Part shown: positions 24,041 to 37,314 of the stretch, in pieces
Layout of the letters: the number at the start of each line of letters is the position of its first letter
How positions within the stretch are numbered: the first letter of the stretch is position 1
From: Minutocellus sp. GHC0000111
Taxonomy: Eukaryota
Length of the DNA stretch: 64,000 nt
Reading direction: 5' to 3'
Assembly: GCA_977018835.1 (NCBI GenBank)
Contig: OZ361259.1
Span: forward strand, 1,054,001 to 1,118,000
The notes under the pieces: generated by a model
The model's input: only the letters and a program-made list of their open reading frames with translations
Databases searched by the model: none
Told to the model about the DNA's origin: nothing
Position numbers and translations under genes: made by a program

Positions 24041-25569
24041 TAATACGTAGTGAGTAGGGCCTAGTCTAGCTAGAGGTACATTCTGATCCAAAACGAAATG
24101 TTAGCAAATGATTATCGCATTTATCATGCGTCATTGAGCACTAATGGTTTGCCATTTTCGACCAAGTTTCCGAGCAGACTTGAAAACGAAAGAGGGAGCA
24201 GCGCTTGTTTTGCGTTGCGTCGCACCAAATAATTTGCACCGACAAAGACATATTTTTCAAATCAATGCCCGGGTCTTGCCTCTTGGATTTGTGCTGGGTT
24301 GATTTTCCTTTTGAGTGTGATTGTTAGGAAACAAAGACAGCTCCAAAATCGGCTTGCTCGAAATTGTCTTTGTATTGTTAGAAGGACCACTTGATCTTGA
24401 CGCATTCCGGTAACATGATGCAAATTTGAAAATTCCTCAAATTTGCAGACCAAAAAGACAAAAAATAGGCAAGGTAATTTGGTGGTTGGGCTCTAACAGG
24501 CTCTAACATAATCGATCGATTTTGATGTCGCCCCGCAACGGGGTTACAATTGGGCTTCAGTTGGCCAGAAGGTGGAGTGGAACAAAACTGCAGAGATTCC
24601 TGGGTAGAGCCATCGAGGGGGTTTGTAGTCCAGACGATGCGTTGTGTAGCTAGGATAACGCTATCGTTTGACTTCAGCTGTCTTGTGGGATGAGCGGCGC
24701 AGCTGAAATATTCAGGTCGCATGCGTCTCAGCGCCAAATCAAATTATCTCAAAATTGAAACTCCTTCTTGGGTCTGAATCAAGGCCAATCGGGTCTCAAC
24801 ATGTGTCCAAGTGGAATTTTTGACATTTGAGACAAGAAATGAGAGGCATTTGTGAAAAGGCTGGGGGGGCTTCGCAGCTAGGTGTCGCCAAGTTAGCTCC
24901 TCTGAAGACTTTCCCATGGAAACTGAACCAAAGCCCCGCATGCAGTGTGTGGTGTCGACACACATGCAGTTGCAAATGCTGAGTATTGTATGTGTCAAAG
25001 TGATTACTGGTGAAGGCAAGGCACTCATTGCCATTAAGGCTCAAGACTACCAGCCGTCTGTACAAAAGAGCTAATCATGTCAAAAGTGTGCAATCTAATA
25101 ACATCCTAAATCGTCCTGCATAGTGCTGAGATCTTTCAGCATCAATCAGTTTTCTCTTACGATTGTCTTCTGCATGTTGCTCCTCGTTTTTATTTTTGTG
25201 AGTTCTGCGAAGCGAAAAAATCAAATGCATGTGATGCTGTGTCATTTATTTGGCTCCATCGTAGTAAGGATGTGTTTCACTTTATTTCACAGAGGAGATC
25301 TTGCCAGAGTCTGGGATTCTGTGTTTCGCTAGTAGGGACCGAGATGATGCGACGACACAATAAGTAAATTAGTGAGGCATTTAGTCTGTTTGCTCGCGCT
25401 ATGACGGCCCTGTGGAAGAGATCCCAGAGTCTCAGTCCCTAAGGAAAGATTTTGAACTATATTAAGCAAAAAGCTGAAGCATCTTTTAACACAAAATTAT
25501 GCTCAATTTTTCAAGATCTAGCTACGTAGTACAGTATGATTTGCTGGTACTGTAGTCTGGGAGGAAGTT

Positions 25570-26840
25570 CTATGTTTTTGATTCATTACCATCACATTTT
25601 CCCTGCAAAATGTCATGGTATCGATATATCATTTCTACAATGTCACTTTCTGAATATTGTGTACAACTTTTCCCTTGTAGATTGTAATTGACATGGATTG
25701 ATGCTGTGCTTCCAGAAACTTTGTTTATTCCTGATAAAGTTGTATTTCCTTCGTAGGCATGGTGTTCGACAAAAGTTGGTGGGTTCAGATGCATGTATGT
25801 CAGTAGACCATTTTCATCTATTGCAGCTGTCAGCTCAACACCCACAGCTCCCAATAAACTTGACACAAAGACATCTTCGCGGGAATCTTCATTATCTGTT
25901 AAGAAAAAATCCAAAGCTTCTTCAAACAAAGTTTTAACAGCCGCTCGATTCAGAGTATATCCCGACCCTCCAGCTGCATAGTGGGATCCCTTGTGACGCA
26001 TTGGTGTCCCAAGAAACATCGGCTTCGAAGTGTCTTGGTGCAGATTCGACGACAAGTGTCGTCGCATGTTCTCCATGATAACATAGGTGTCATCTCCACA
26101 AATGTGAAAGAAATCGTATTCTTGCAAATAATGCAAATATACGTAAAGCCCACATTGAACGCACTTTTTGCCACATGTTACGGTAAGTTTCAGGACCATT
26201 GTGAATCAAGTCAGCCGCCCCGAGGCATATTTCTGTGAAATTAGAGGCAGCCAAAAATCCATCGCAATCCCTTGCCCACGTGTTAACAATTGCGTTAAGT
26301 TTGGAGGAGTGAGATGACTGTGATGTGTAGAGAATGCACATCACTTTAGGTGACCCACCATGGGTGCCTTTTAGTTTTTCACGTCCCCCTGAAGCTAATT
26401 CCGAGCGGATTAATTTTAGGACTCTCAAAGTGGTATCGTCCGTGGGAAAGTCGTCAGAACAAGCAACATCTCTTTTAATATGCTTGCCGCGCAGTTTCGA
26501 TATTGATACAGACGCAACATATCCATATCTTGTTAGAAAAGCGCGCCCCCATATATGCTCCAGGTTTTGCTATTAGGAGGGTACTCTCATGCCCCTTTCC
26601 TTCATTCTCATGGCCAAGTCTTTTCATGTTCATTGTATCCTCTTTGTAGCTGAGATTTCTCTCAATGCTGTGGATTCCAAACATAATTTGGCCAGTGATC
26701 AAACAGCAGCTAAGAAAAAGAATTGTTTTGAAACTATTTTTCTCGGCCTTTCGACGTGTTTTGTGGGATAGAAAGAATATTGGTATGGTGCATATTGGTT
26801 TAGACCTGGTAAGAATTAACGCAAACGATAATTGCATAAT
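25570..26840 (-). CDS. C1GALT1/Fringe-like beta-1,3-galactosyltransferase (GT31), frameshifted
   Basis: N-terminal TM; NTWARDCDGFLAAS, MWQKVRSMW, YDFFHICGDDTYVIMEN, GGSGYTLNRAA and EDV. Confidence 0.88.
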
Positions 26841-27288
26841 GAAATAGTGCCAGGAGAATGAAAGATTTCTGCTTTAAGGAGCATTGGGTCCCCCAGCAAA
26901 TCCCCTTATTTACATGAGTAAATTTCTCTCGTTCTCTCTCTCTCAACACAACACACTTCAGGTGTGGCCGAGTCTGTGCGTCGTAGGTCACCTTCTAGGC
27001 CTACTACACGTACCTAGGTAAATGAGGATAGTGTGCACTTTTAGAGCCTTTCTCGGCCAACAGTGTGCATTTAATGTGCACTGTTGTGTCCTCTCCTACC
27101 TGGGAGAAAGTCGTTTTGGAATAAGAAAAGTAGGGTGCTACCTTGCATTGTTACCCCCGTACATCAAATCTGAACATGCTAGCCGAAAGCACTGATCAAA
27201 GTGAAGGCAGTGGTAGTCCGGTCTCCTGGGGGCTGACAGTTCTTGAGTTGCGTGCGTGTGAAGGACACAGAAACCAGCAGGCCAACTC

Positions 27289-28040
27289 ATGAAGATGCCG
27301 GTGAAGACTAAGGAGGGTGAGAGATTTTCTTTTTTCAAGTCCTACTACGTTGACAATGCCGCATTTATGTTGTTGAACCGTGAAGATGCCATCAGAGCCA
27401 CAAAACTTGTTGTCTCCCATTTCAAGCGATTCGGCCTGACAGCACACACCGGCAGTAGCAGATCCCTCGGAGAAGGCTCCAAGACAGAAGCCCTGCACAT
27501 CCCGCCACCTAGGAAGGAACCGTACACCGAGGAGGAGCCACTGGCAGCAACTGCTGACATTGTTGTCGACGACCGATGCATGTCACACACCGATGAATTC
27601 AAGTGCCTCGGCAGCCTGCTTGAGAAGCAACTGAATGACGTAGTCGACATAGATGCCAGAATCAAACAAGCCAAAGGCCAATTCCAAGCGATGAGAAACA
27701 ACATCTTCACCAACAAGGACGCACCACTACCCGAGCGACTACGATGCTACAATGCCCTCACCGTCAACACAGTGCTATGGGGATTCAAAAGCTGGGCGCT
27801 CAAAACCATCACTGATCAAAAAGCTAGAGTCTGTGCACCATAACTGCCTCCATCAAATCGTCAGGCATGGCTTCTACCGGGACGGTAAAGTCACAAATGA
27901 AGACATTAGAGCTGAAGCTCTTAGTGCCTACAGGTACACGATGGAAACCAATCTAGAATTAAGGAGATGCAGATGGCTAGAGAAGGTTGCAAGCAAACGA
28001 CCTCAGTGAATGGATGCCAGCTGCCAGAGACCCAGTTCTA
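27289..28040 (+). mobile_element. 5'-truncated non-LTR retrotransposon (RTE-like RT C-terminal part)
   Basis: YYVDNAAF (YxDD variant), FGLT...SKTEAL, FKCLGS (FKYLGS), DIDARIKQAK, VLWG..SWAL, KLES.HH.CL..I, VTNEDIR, RCRWL. Confidence 0.85.
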
Positions 28041-28584
28041 TGGGCTGAAATAGTGGAATACCGACTAGGATTAATACCCGGCACGCATACAAAGTACAAA
28101 TTCTGTCAAACGACGATTTCTGATTCTATTTTCGGTTGATTTATTTGCGGATTTTACATTTAGAGATTAGGGAACTCAAGCCCGATAAACTAGGCGAGTA
28201 CTCATAAAAAAATCATCAGTAGTCTAGGCCCTAAATCTCTCCTTTCCTTTGCAATAGATCAAAGCTGCTTCAGTAAGAATTCATAGATCATCATTCATTT
28301 CGATGTGTCAATCGGGAAATTAAAGGTCCTACTTGAGCAGGGGCATTACACAGACGGCTTGTCTGCAATCGAAGCTTGGCTCCTGAGTAGCACGCACTGT
28401 GGCAATTCTAGTTTTAGCATAAGGATAAGGATGTGCATTGCATGCTCAGGCCAGTCCTAGGTTAGTTAATGCTTCTTTCTTTCACATTGCCAGATCAGGA
28501 CCAAGTTGAGGTGCTGTGGCTAGATCTATCAAATCTGATTGATTCCTCCCAGTCACTTTATAGTTGCTCCCGTGCCATTATTGT

Positions 28585-29760
28585 TTATCTCGTGCTCAGC
28601 AAGTGTCGAATTTTATGTTTAAGAGTTCCCTTACCAACATTTTCCGAGAAGCTGAAGTACTTCTTCAGAGTGTTTTCTCCGTTAGCAAGAATTGGTGCAC
28701 TCTTCATTGCCATATAAAGACCAGGATCAGCTTCCAATTCCTGCACCTTGAAGTGAGCGGAATGAGGATCCGATAAATTGTAATAGACAAAAACATCTTC
28801 GTTAAAAATGTCAAATATCAAAGGAGGGCCGTGGTAAACAGGTATACAGCCACCTATGAATGCTAACAGAACTTTCTCTGTAATATAGGCGCTGTGGTCT
28901 TTTTCGTGCTCCATGACAAGGCAGAACCTGTACCTACGGTATAGCTTCGTGTTGTCTCTCCAGTTTCCAAGTGTAATTCCTGTTTTGATGCGTTGCAGAT
29001 TTGTTCTATTTCCATCAAGCGCAAGCCCCCCGCACCGTCCCCCAAGGTGAACAACGCCGTACTGGGAAAATTCCCATGCTGCAATATCTCGAAACTCGAC
29101 GCAATTTCCTTGCGCATAAATCATGAAGAAGGAATTCGAAAGTTGTTGGTTTGATTGATTTTGACCATAGATCAGTGTAGAGACGGGAAGTTCTTTTTGA
29201 AAATTTGACCACCATACAGTCTGTAAGTATGTCAACAGAACATCATTTTCTGTCTTGGCAGACTCCTTTACTGGCCCAAAATAATGTATATTATTAAGCA
29301 TTCGATTCAAATCAGGGTGTGTGTGAGGACTTTCAGGTGAATGAATAACAATTGATCCCCTAAAACCTAGATATAACCATTGAGAAATTGGCTCACCACA
29401 ACCAATTGGGTGAAAAAGCCCAAGGAAGATGTCATTTGTTTTAGTGTGTATCATGTTCATATCCTCGTACAATAAACGCCCTGAGATGTAGTCCGAGAGA
29501 TCAACAATCGAAGATTCAGGAAAGATAGAAGAAAAAACTGCTTTCAACTCTCCCATGCCGTTTCCGAACCCACTGTAACAATGGTATATTGTTGATGGGT
29601 GTGTTAAATTTACAGTCGTCCTTAATGAGTTTGACTTCTTGGCCTCAATGGTGTTTGTTGTAGATGTACAGAGATGTTCGTTACCCATTGAAATCGCACA
29701 TAATAGCAAAACTAACCGAAAAAAACAGATATCAACATGTTTATATTTTTGCTGCGTCAT
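28585..29760 (-). CDS. Alpha-1,3/4-fucosyltransferase-like protein (GT10)
   Basis: Intact 391-aa ORF, N-terminal anchor, YRFCLVMEH...YITEKVLLAFIGGCIPVYHG. Confidence 0.9.
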   Translation of the reverse strand: MTQQKYKHVDICFFRLVLLLCAISMGNEHLCTSTTNTIEAKKSNSLRTTVNLTHPSTIYHCYSGFGNGMGELKAVFSSIFPESSIVDLSDYISGRLLYEDMNMIHTKTNDIFLGLFHPIGCGEPISQWLYLGFRGSIVIHSPESPHTHPDLNRMLNNIHYFGPVKESAKTENDVLLTYLQTVWWSNFQKELPVSTLIYGQNQSNQQLSNSFFMIYAQGNCVEFRDIAAWEFSQYGVVHLGGRCGGLALDGNRTNLQRIKTGITLGNWRDNTKLYRRYRFCLVMEHEKDHSAYITEKVLLAFIGGCIPVYHGPPLIFDIFNEDVFVYYNLSDPHSAHFKVQELEADPGLYMAMKSAPILANGENTLKKYFSFSENVGKGTLKHKIRHLLSTR

Positions 29761-29959
29761 TCGATTAGTCTCTCATTGGGAGGAAAGAGCAGTAGAAGCT
29801 TAGATAAAATGTAATTACTCGACTCTCTCCAGTAGGCTCACAGTCAAATCATACATTCTAAAACTCAAGAGGTACATGAGCCAGATCAATGCTGGAAAAA
29901 AGACGAGTAAATCCTGTCGACGTGTCTGTGTACGTAGTAGGCCTAGTCAATAGTGCATA

Positions 29960-32130
29960 GTAGAGTGTCCTCAGGGTGCCGTGTGTCAGCGGAGGCTTTG
30001 TCCATGGATGGCAAAAGCACGATTCTTTGTGCCTTGTGCCATGGAAGAGCCACAGGGCAAGGAAATGGCAAAAGCATGATTCTTTATGCCTTATGCTCTT
30101 CTGGGATGCATTTGCCGCTCTGCGGGCTACCGCTACAATTGTAGCAACCGCAATCCACTTTCGGCGCACTAACAACTCGTCCGGAAGTCCCCAAGCCCAG
30201 TCCAATGACTGAACGAAAGTCTAACCAAACCCCATTTGTGGTGTGCGCTGTGTGTTTGTGGTGTTTGTGTTTGTGTTTGCGTGTGCAAGAGATGCTCCTG
30301 CATTCTCAAACTGCAACGATGGAAAAGCAGAATCGACTTTTCCATCTTGGCGCATCACGGCGAGCTTGTGCCGCAAGGAATTTGTTCACACGGATGAGGG
30401 AACCACCGCAACGTTCTGCTCAATGTTCCACTCGTGGCATGGAACTACACCCACCCACCAAAGAGGAGAGCGAGATTTCATCAGCAACGAGTTGAGCATC
30501 GGAGGACAAGCAGTGGCTCGTTCAATGTCGACCATCGTTGGAGGACGGCAGGACTTGCTGCTAACAGCCACCTTCTCGTGTTTGGTCTAGGAACTCGGCT
30601 TGCCATGGTGGAGAGTTGTGGCGGCATCTTGCAATCGCCTTGCTTTCACGTGGCATGGAATTTTCACCGACTTCCACACTTTCCTGCCTTCAGCAGATGA
30701 TCGGGCTTGGTGGCAGCCGCGACACGACGTGCCGCCGCGCCGGAAGCCATCGATGTGTTCACCATCGTCAAGCATGAGGGCATCCGTGCAAAATGCACGT
30801 GAAAGTCACGTGATGTGCTTTTGTCAAGTTGGGCGATGCCATGCGCGCGCCGGCCGGCGCGAATTTGCGGCGGGACCAGCGTCGTGTCTGAGTGACGCAT
30901 CATCAACGTTGGTTCAGCTGGACCAGCTTGGTTCAGGCCAGTTCAGCGCTGGCCTCACACGGCGAAAGGTGCTAACAAAATTGACCCGATTTTTTATCGT
31001 TCGCTTCCCCCCAACAACGAACGGCGTTTCTTGGGGAGTCGGACATGCAGGCGGCAAATGAACCGGCCTACGAACGGATCAAAAGGACTTGATGGCCAGC
31101 CAAGAATGATGGTCGCGTCGGCCCAGTCGGCCAGCCACACCCTCATCATGCATGCGCCGCAAGAGATGATCGGCACATGCACAACCTGGACGGCATGCAG
31201 CACATGCACCGGTGTCGGCGAACAGACTAGATCTACCGCACACGCACATGTGGTCAAAATGCATGCTCAACAAAAAAAGAACATGTTTACTTTTAGAATT
31301 ACAGCATGGGTACAATGAGCAAGTTAAATGTCGTGCATCGCTGTTTCAGCAAAAAGAAAAGGAATGTGGGCGTGACAAGGAAAACCTCCACCGCCGTCCT
31401 GAAACTGCCATCTACAGAAGCAGTTTTCAACCTCCGAACTCGATGTCACCGCCTTCTTCCTGACTTCCATCCCCTTAATCAAAAATTTCAACGTCATCTT
31501 CATCTCCACCATTGGAACATTGAACCACCAGAATGTCTTGTGATGCGTTTTCAGTCCCTCCTGAATCCTCCCCATTGACCACGAAAGCAGAAGTGTGTCC
31601 AGACACGTTCCAGTCAAGCGCATGATTGTGAAAAGTCGAACGAGCAAGAGCATCGCCTTGCCGCAAATCGCTTTTTTTCTTTCCAGAAAAAATCCTCTCG
31701 ATCGACAGCAACCTCCAACTTGACTACTAGCATTGGTCTTCAAATGGCTTTCATGAAGGGAAAGAAGGGAAGACAAGGAAAGGAAAAGCGCAGCGTCCTG
31801 AGCTTGACGAAGAAAGAGAAACAACATAGAAGCAGCAAACAGGGCGCCACGTTCAAAGTCCGCCAAACAGACACTCTTCCGTCCGCGTCGTCCACTTCGG
31901 CGGCCATGGCCGCTTCTGCTGCCGCAGCAGCATCGGCTGCATGCCCAGAAGTTGTTGACACGAATGTGCAACCGTTTCGTTCATTGACTTTGGAAGAGTT
32001 GGATCAGATGGAGATCTCCTTTTCTCAAAAGGAAAACCAGGCATGTTGTGGAGTCGCACGTTTCGCTGCTCCGGAGAAGACCTTAAGCCAGCAGATTGGA
32101 GCAACGTGCACATGGCTGTGACCGCTGTAT
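29960..32130. mobile_element. Cluster of unclassified TE relics
   Basis: TpA-depleted; ~33-bp direct repeat at ~30008 and ~30065; shared terminal-like motif CGGCGGGACCAG at ~30868. Confidence 0.45.
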
Positions 32131-33194
32131 TTTGTTTGAGCATGCCCTCCGAGATCTCCGCTGAATTCCTGTCGTAGCAGAATCGCGAGAGCTATTTCTC
32201 TCACAGATCGTCAGTCTCCTTCCGCACGAAAAATTTCCACGATTCTTCCAACCTTTTGCATGGGTTGTCTTGACAACCAGAGCTCGGATCGCTAGGCCCG
32301 GCACACCGTCGTGACTGACATCATCAAAACATGCAGAGAGTATCTTGGAACTGCTTAATTCCATCGTCAGCTTGAATGGCAGCACATTCTCTTCCAAATC
32401 AATATGTGGTTCCACGAAAATCTGAAGTACTGCTGACAGAGACCAAACACCCTGCCCTCCATCTCAGCTGAGCCCCTATATTTATCATGTGTCAAATTTG
32501 GGCAGTAGAAGCGAAATGTGCAAATTGCATCGGCCGTATCTTTTGGCATGCATATTTTGAGGAATTCGGTCCATGCTGCACTCAATTACTCCCCACCTTT
32601 GACAGCAAAGAAGACCACCGAGCAAAAGTCCATTGACACTGCCACCACATCCGTTGCGCTCGATATTATTTGAACTTACATGTGCATATTTTTCTTTATT
32701 ATCGGGCACTTCTGGAAGATGTTGTACGCATTATTCCTTGACCTCAATAATTTCCCAGACCCAATTTGCGTCATCATCCCAACCTCAAGACATTTTGACA
32801 GTCCGGGGACACCTACCGGTAACAATAGAGCATGATATTCAACAACACCAATATAGCTGAATCCAATTACACTATAGATGTACCTCTACTCTTGTATCTT
32901 TGTGCTGCTATATTAATAGAAATTTCTACAATGCATGTGGATGTCCTTCTGCTCTGTTTTCAGATTTTGATAAAAATTTGAAATGTTTGCCATTTTAGGA
33001 CAACTATCAAGAGCGATCCCAAAGCAGCCTATATTGCAAGCTACACATCTCTTATATATATAGTATTAGTGGGAGGTCGCAATGGCTGGGAGCAGGTTGT
33101 TGGCATCAAGATGTGTTTACATTTGGTGCCGAAGATGGGTGGTGGGACTTGCTATTTCAGCCCAAAATGAGGGCATTGGTTTTCAAAACTTAAA

Positions 33195-35200
33195 TTATCC
33201 TCCTCCATTACAGCCTGTTGCATTCAAAATTTGCAAGGAGATCGGAATTCGCTGCATTTCCATGTCAAATGTAAGGAGATGCCACCCATGCATTTTGTAG
33301 GCAATCCTTGACACATTATGATACGGAAAGCCATTGCAAAAATGATGATAATAATCCCGTTTGGCACCAATTACGCAGTATCTGAATGTGAGCGGAATGC
33401 CTGTGCTTAAATCAGGATCTTCTCTCAAAAATCCCGGTGTCTCTGAAAACGAACCCGATGTCACCATTACATCTGCTTTTAAAAAATGGACCCAATCACG
33501 AAGATTCAATTCCCAGTCCATCTTGTGGCCGCTCATGTTGCTGTTCATTTGAGGCGCCAAGTGCCAGAAATCTACTACATTTTTGTACCCTGTCCAATTT
33601 GTTGTGCCGTACTTTTCAGAGAAGAGATGGACCAATGGATGTTTTCCTTTCTCTTCAATTATCTTCCTTATTTTGGAAATAGCTTCAATGACAATCATGT
33701 CCGGAATGAAGATGTCACGTCGATGGGTATTAGTAATGTCACCCCTTCGCACATGAACAGCAATAATTATAGTGTTAGTATCCTTTTCTGGAAAAAGATC
33801 TTCATTTGCAAACTGAGAGTTCTTGAATGAGCCTCGTTTCGGTGCTGCAAGGATTCGCTCCCTCCAATATCGACGAAAAGCATCATTGTATAGACATTTT
33901 TCAGCACCAGAAAACTTCAACAGGCGATTGTCGAAAAACTTCCAGTCCCGCCAAAATTCGTAGACGCCTGGCCCAGCAATCGGATCTTTTCCTAATTGAT
34001 ATATTGTATTGTGCCTTCAGAAGGGAAATCAGGCGGACATATAGGAATAGAAAACTCAAAGGCATATTTTTGCCCTGAACTGTATCCCAAACAAAAGTTG
34101 TAACCATGACAATCAGCAAAAGCTGAGAGCAAGATAAATGCCCTTGTTTGTTCTCCCATTCTATCCACGCGCGCCCGCTTCATGACAATAGTCACATTGG
34201 AGTTGCTGTGCAGCCATTGAGGCATTGTCAGGGTGAAATTCTGCTCGTGCTCAATTGGTTGGTGTTGACTGGTTCCAATCTCATTATAGAAAGGTGGGAG
34301 AAAATCCTGTTTGTTAGTGCTCTTGCATTCCTGCACTGTGGTAGCCGTTCGAATCTTCTCAATGTCTTGTTGAATTGGTGTATCATCATCATTGAATACC
34401 TGACCGACGAATTGATGGTTTGAATCTCGTGGGGTTGGGAAGCCAAAGGAATTTGTGCGTCTTGTGCAAAAAAAGCTATTGTGCCCAATCTGATCCATTT
34501 CGATTAGAGGCCATATGACACTATTCAAAAAAGTTTGATCACAGCCCCATCCATTGTCACTTTTGCATTTTTCCTCTGACAACAAAAACTTCTCGATGAG
34601 ACCAATCATTGTTGTATTACTTTTCTTTGAAAATCTGTTGTCACAACCCCACATCCCACCCTGAATTGGCAAAAAATGATTGGGATGGTCCCTCAAACAG
34701 TGACACGCCCTCACACTGCCAATCCATTCTTCCACAGCGAAGCGATCTCTAGCATTTAGTCTCGAATCGCAATCTCGAGAAATGAAGCGTTGAACCTTTT
34801 TGTCGTCTGAAGGTAAAAAACGCCAAAACATGCCAAACTTGTTGTTCGTCAAGCTACAGGCGGATGCTTTATCTTGGCACCAAGGTCTTTAAGCTTCTGG
34901 ACAACATCTGCGGGGATTGAATTCGAAACATAAAATCTCAACACCCAGCCCGGGAAGTATGTATCTTTCAGCCTCGCATTAGATATGGCCCCTTGAATGT
35001 ACTTGGGGTTGTTTCCATATAATGACATTGAGATCACAGAGTTTCCCTCTCGAATTGGAAGTTGTTCGATTTTTTTTAATGTATGCTCTCTCTCTGACGC
35101 TGTCGTGTCTCATGTACGGCAAAAGAGTAGGCAAGTGAGCCTTGTTGTTGCTCCGGCCATGACTCTCAATGATTTTGAAGAGTGAAGGTTGTTGAATCTT
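33195..35200 (-). CDS. Two-domain glycosyltransferase-like protein (SLYG...RDxDSR...RDHP family plus GT11/alpha-1,2-fucosyltransferase-like), frameshifted
   Basis: SMSLYGNNPKY..GAI.NA, YFPGW..RFY, MFWRFL, SRDCDSRL, RDHPNH..PI.GGMWG; then DRMGEQ, IAVHVRRGD and ADVMVTSGSFS. The start is uncertain. Confidence 0.75.
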
Positions 35201-35294
35201 TTCTTTTTCAGGTCAGAGATCATTGGTTCATTTCAGGTCGGTGAACTGAATGAAACCTAAGTGAAAGTAAGAATAAGGCGACTCAAAGAATGAA

Positions 35295-37269
35295 GAGGAT
35301 CCTGGTCCCGCCGTCCGATTTCCACGGCCTGTTTACCGAGTCAAACGAATCTACCCGTGCGCGCTCCCGTGTTTGCAACATGACGTGTCGCCTCTGTGCC
35401 AAAATCCGCGGATTTTTCACTCCCCACGTTGAAAAGTAAAATAAAGCAGCAGGCACATCATGCTGGGAGTGGAATCTCGCTTTCACTTTGCCTGCTCTTC
35501 TGTTCATCTTCTGCCGGCATCTTGCCATGATGGCGCTAGGGCTAGCGGCGTCGGCTACGGCGGCAAAGCAGCGGCGGCGCCAGCTTAGTGGCCGACTGTG
35601 CGGTGGGAGCGCGGGCATGCATTGCATCCTCGTGTGATCGCGACGTCTTCAACACGTCGTGATCGTCATTGTTGTCCGACCGTTCTCTGAGTTGGTCCCA
35701 TTTTAGGTGAGGCACTTCAGGACATTGGAGATTTTGCTAACTTCGCTCGCGTTGTCGGATGACGGAAAGACCGACGTCCGTCCATTTTTTCTCCCGAACG
35801 AAGCTCATCATGGTGACCCCCGCTCCTGGCCGCTGCACACTTGCAAGGCAAGACATGGGCGTTCCCGAGGCTGGCCGACACCATTGCGCTACGCATGCGA
35901 AAGTTTCAGCTTGATTGGCATGCCATTGCATGAGAAAACATAAATCAAAACAATCAACCTGTGTTCGAGTGCGCGAAAAAGGGCCGCGGATGAGAAGTGA
36001 CACCGTGAGAGCCACAGCCGCCCAATCCACCCAGAAATGCAGAGACACACGCCCAAGACATGTGTGAAAATGTTTGCATGGTTGATTGTTGTGGTTTTTG
36101 TTCGCATCCGCCCCCGAGTCGGCCGCCAATGAGAGCAAACTTTCGTGCGTCGTCATCGTTTTTTGTGCGTGATTTTTCCCCCTCGACAGCTCAGCCTGTG
36201 TGCGGAATTTTCGAGCCGGACCTTCGACTCCAACCTTGAATGTGTCTAGAGTGGGGACGCACCTAGGTAAGCGAGGCAGGCCGGCTCGATCAAGTCTTTT
36301 TGCCATGTTTCAGGGGGAAAAGTTGGTCCGGCAGGAAGTTGCGACTTTTCCCGTGCTTCGCCGCGTTGGAAACACGGACAACGGAAAGACGAATGTCCAG
36401 TTTTTGGGTCGAGCGGCTCACCTAAAGCTGGACCAACTCCTCTCTGAAAAATCAATCCGTCGTGCACCTCTCGGCCGACTTCTCTTATGAATGCATCAAC
36501 CCACATTCGCGACACATGTCTCAAGGACTCATGAGAGACAGCGATGCAATGACTAGTCACCAATGCTTCACAGTGCCCCGGCGGGCAATTGCAGCACTTG
36601 ACTTGCAGCATGTCGCTCTGGCATCGCATCTTGCCCTTTGCCGCAACCCTCCTCCTCCTCATGGCCAGTGCTTCTTCCTCGGCATGAAGCTTGGCAGCAC
36701 TGCGTGCCGTGACAACACCGTCCACGGCAAAAGTCACCAGGCCCGACCCGCGGTCCTTGTGAAGCTCTGCACCTGCGGGATCGGAGTGCCATCTTTGGTC
36801 TGCTTTCGCAGCTTGACAAGTTTTTTGAATGGGACGGTAATGCTGCCGTCAATGTCGATCGTGAGGGCCCCATGGGCACCACCGCTGTCGTGGTTTCCGC
36901 GGCCAAAGTGTTAAGCTGCTTAGACACAATCAACGCCTCTCTCAGTGCATCTTGCCGTTGCATCGGCACCTGCTCCAAGCTTTCGGCTCAACTGGGCGTT
37001 CCACGAGAGGCCCTCGACTTGGTCACTCTTCGCCCTACGACCTGCAGAACCAATGGCTGTGAACATCCCGCCGCCCGATGGCATGGTGGCACGATCGATC
37101 GTGGTGAAATCGAGAGGCGACGAGATGGCAACGCTCAAATCGGTTTGAGCCACATCTCCGGGTGTTTTGAGACCAAAAACGCTTGTGAAAGCTGGTCAAT
37201 TTCCCGCAAGCTCCTGGGCACTGAGCGGCACTTACATTCTACATTGGCTCTGGCACGAACCAGGATCAC
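35295..37269. mobile_element. Probable TIR-element relic containing MITE B
   Basis: Ends GATCCTGGT / ACCAGGATC, TpA-depleted interior, sharp transition to AT-rich genes on both sides. TSD not clean. Confidence 0.55.
35689..36439. mobile_element. Non-autonomous TIR element (MITE B), 4-bp TSD
   Basis: 23-bp TIR GAGTTGGTCC(CAT/AGC)TTTAGGTGAG, CTCT on both flanks; interior homologous to MITE A. Confidence 0.9.
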
Positions 37270-37314
37270 GAATAAATGTAAAAGTTCCTTATTTCCCCTG
37301 CTTCATACTTATGA

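Noticed and set aside
32083..32860. Possible additional decayed gene on the minus strand (also 24400-25100 and 40340-40760)
   Set aside because: Short ORF fragments with no motif I can recognise.
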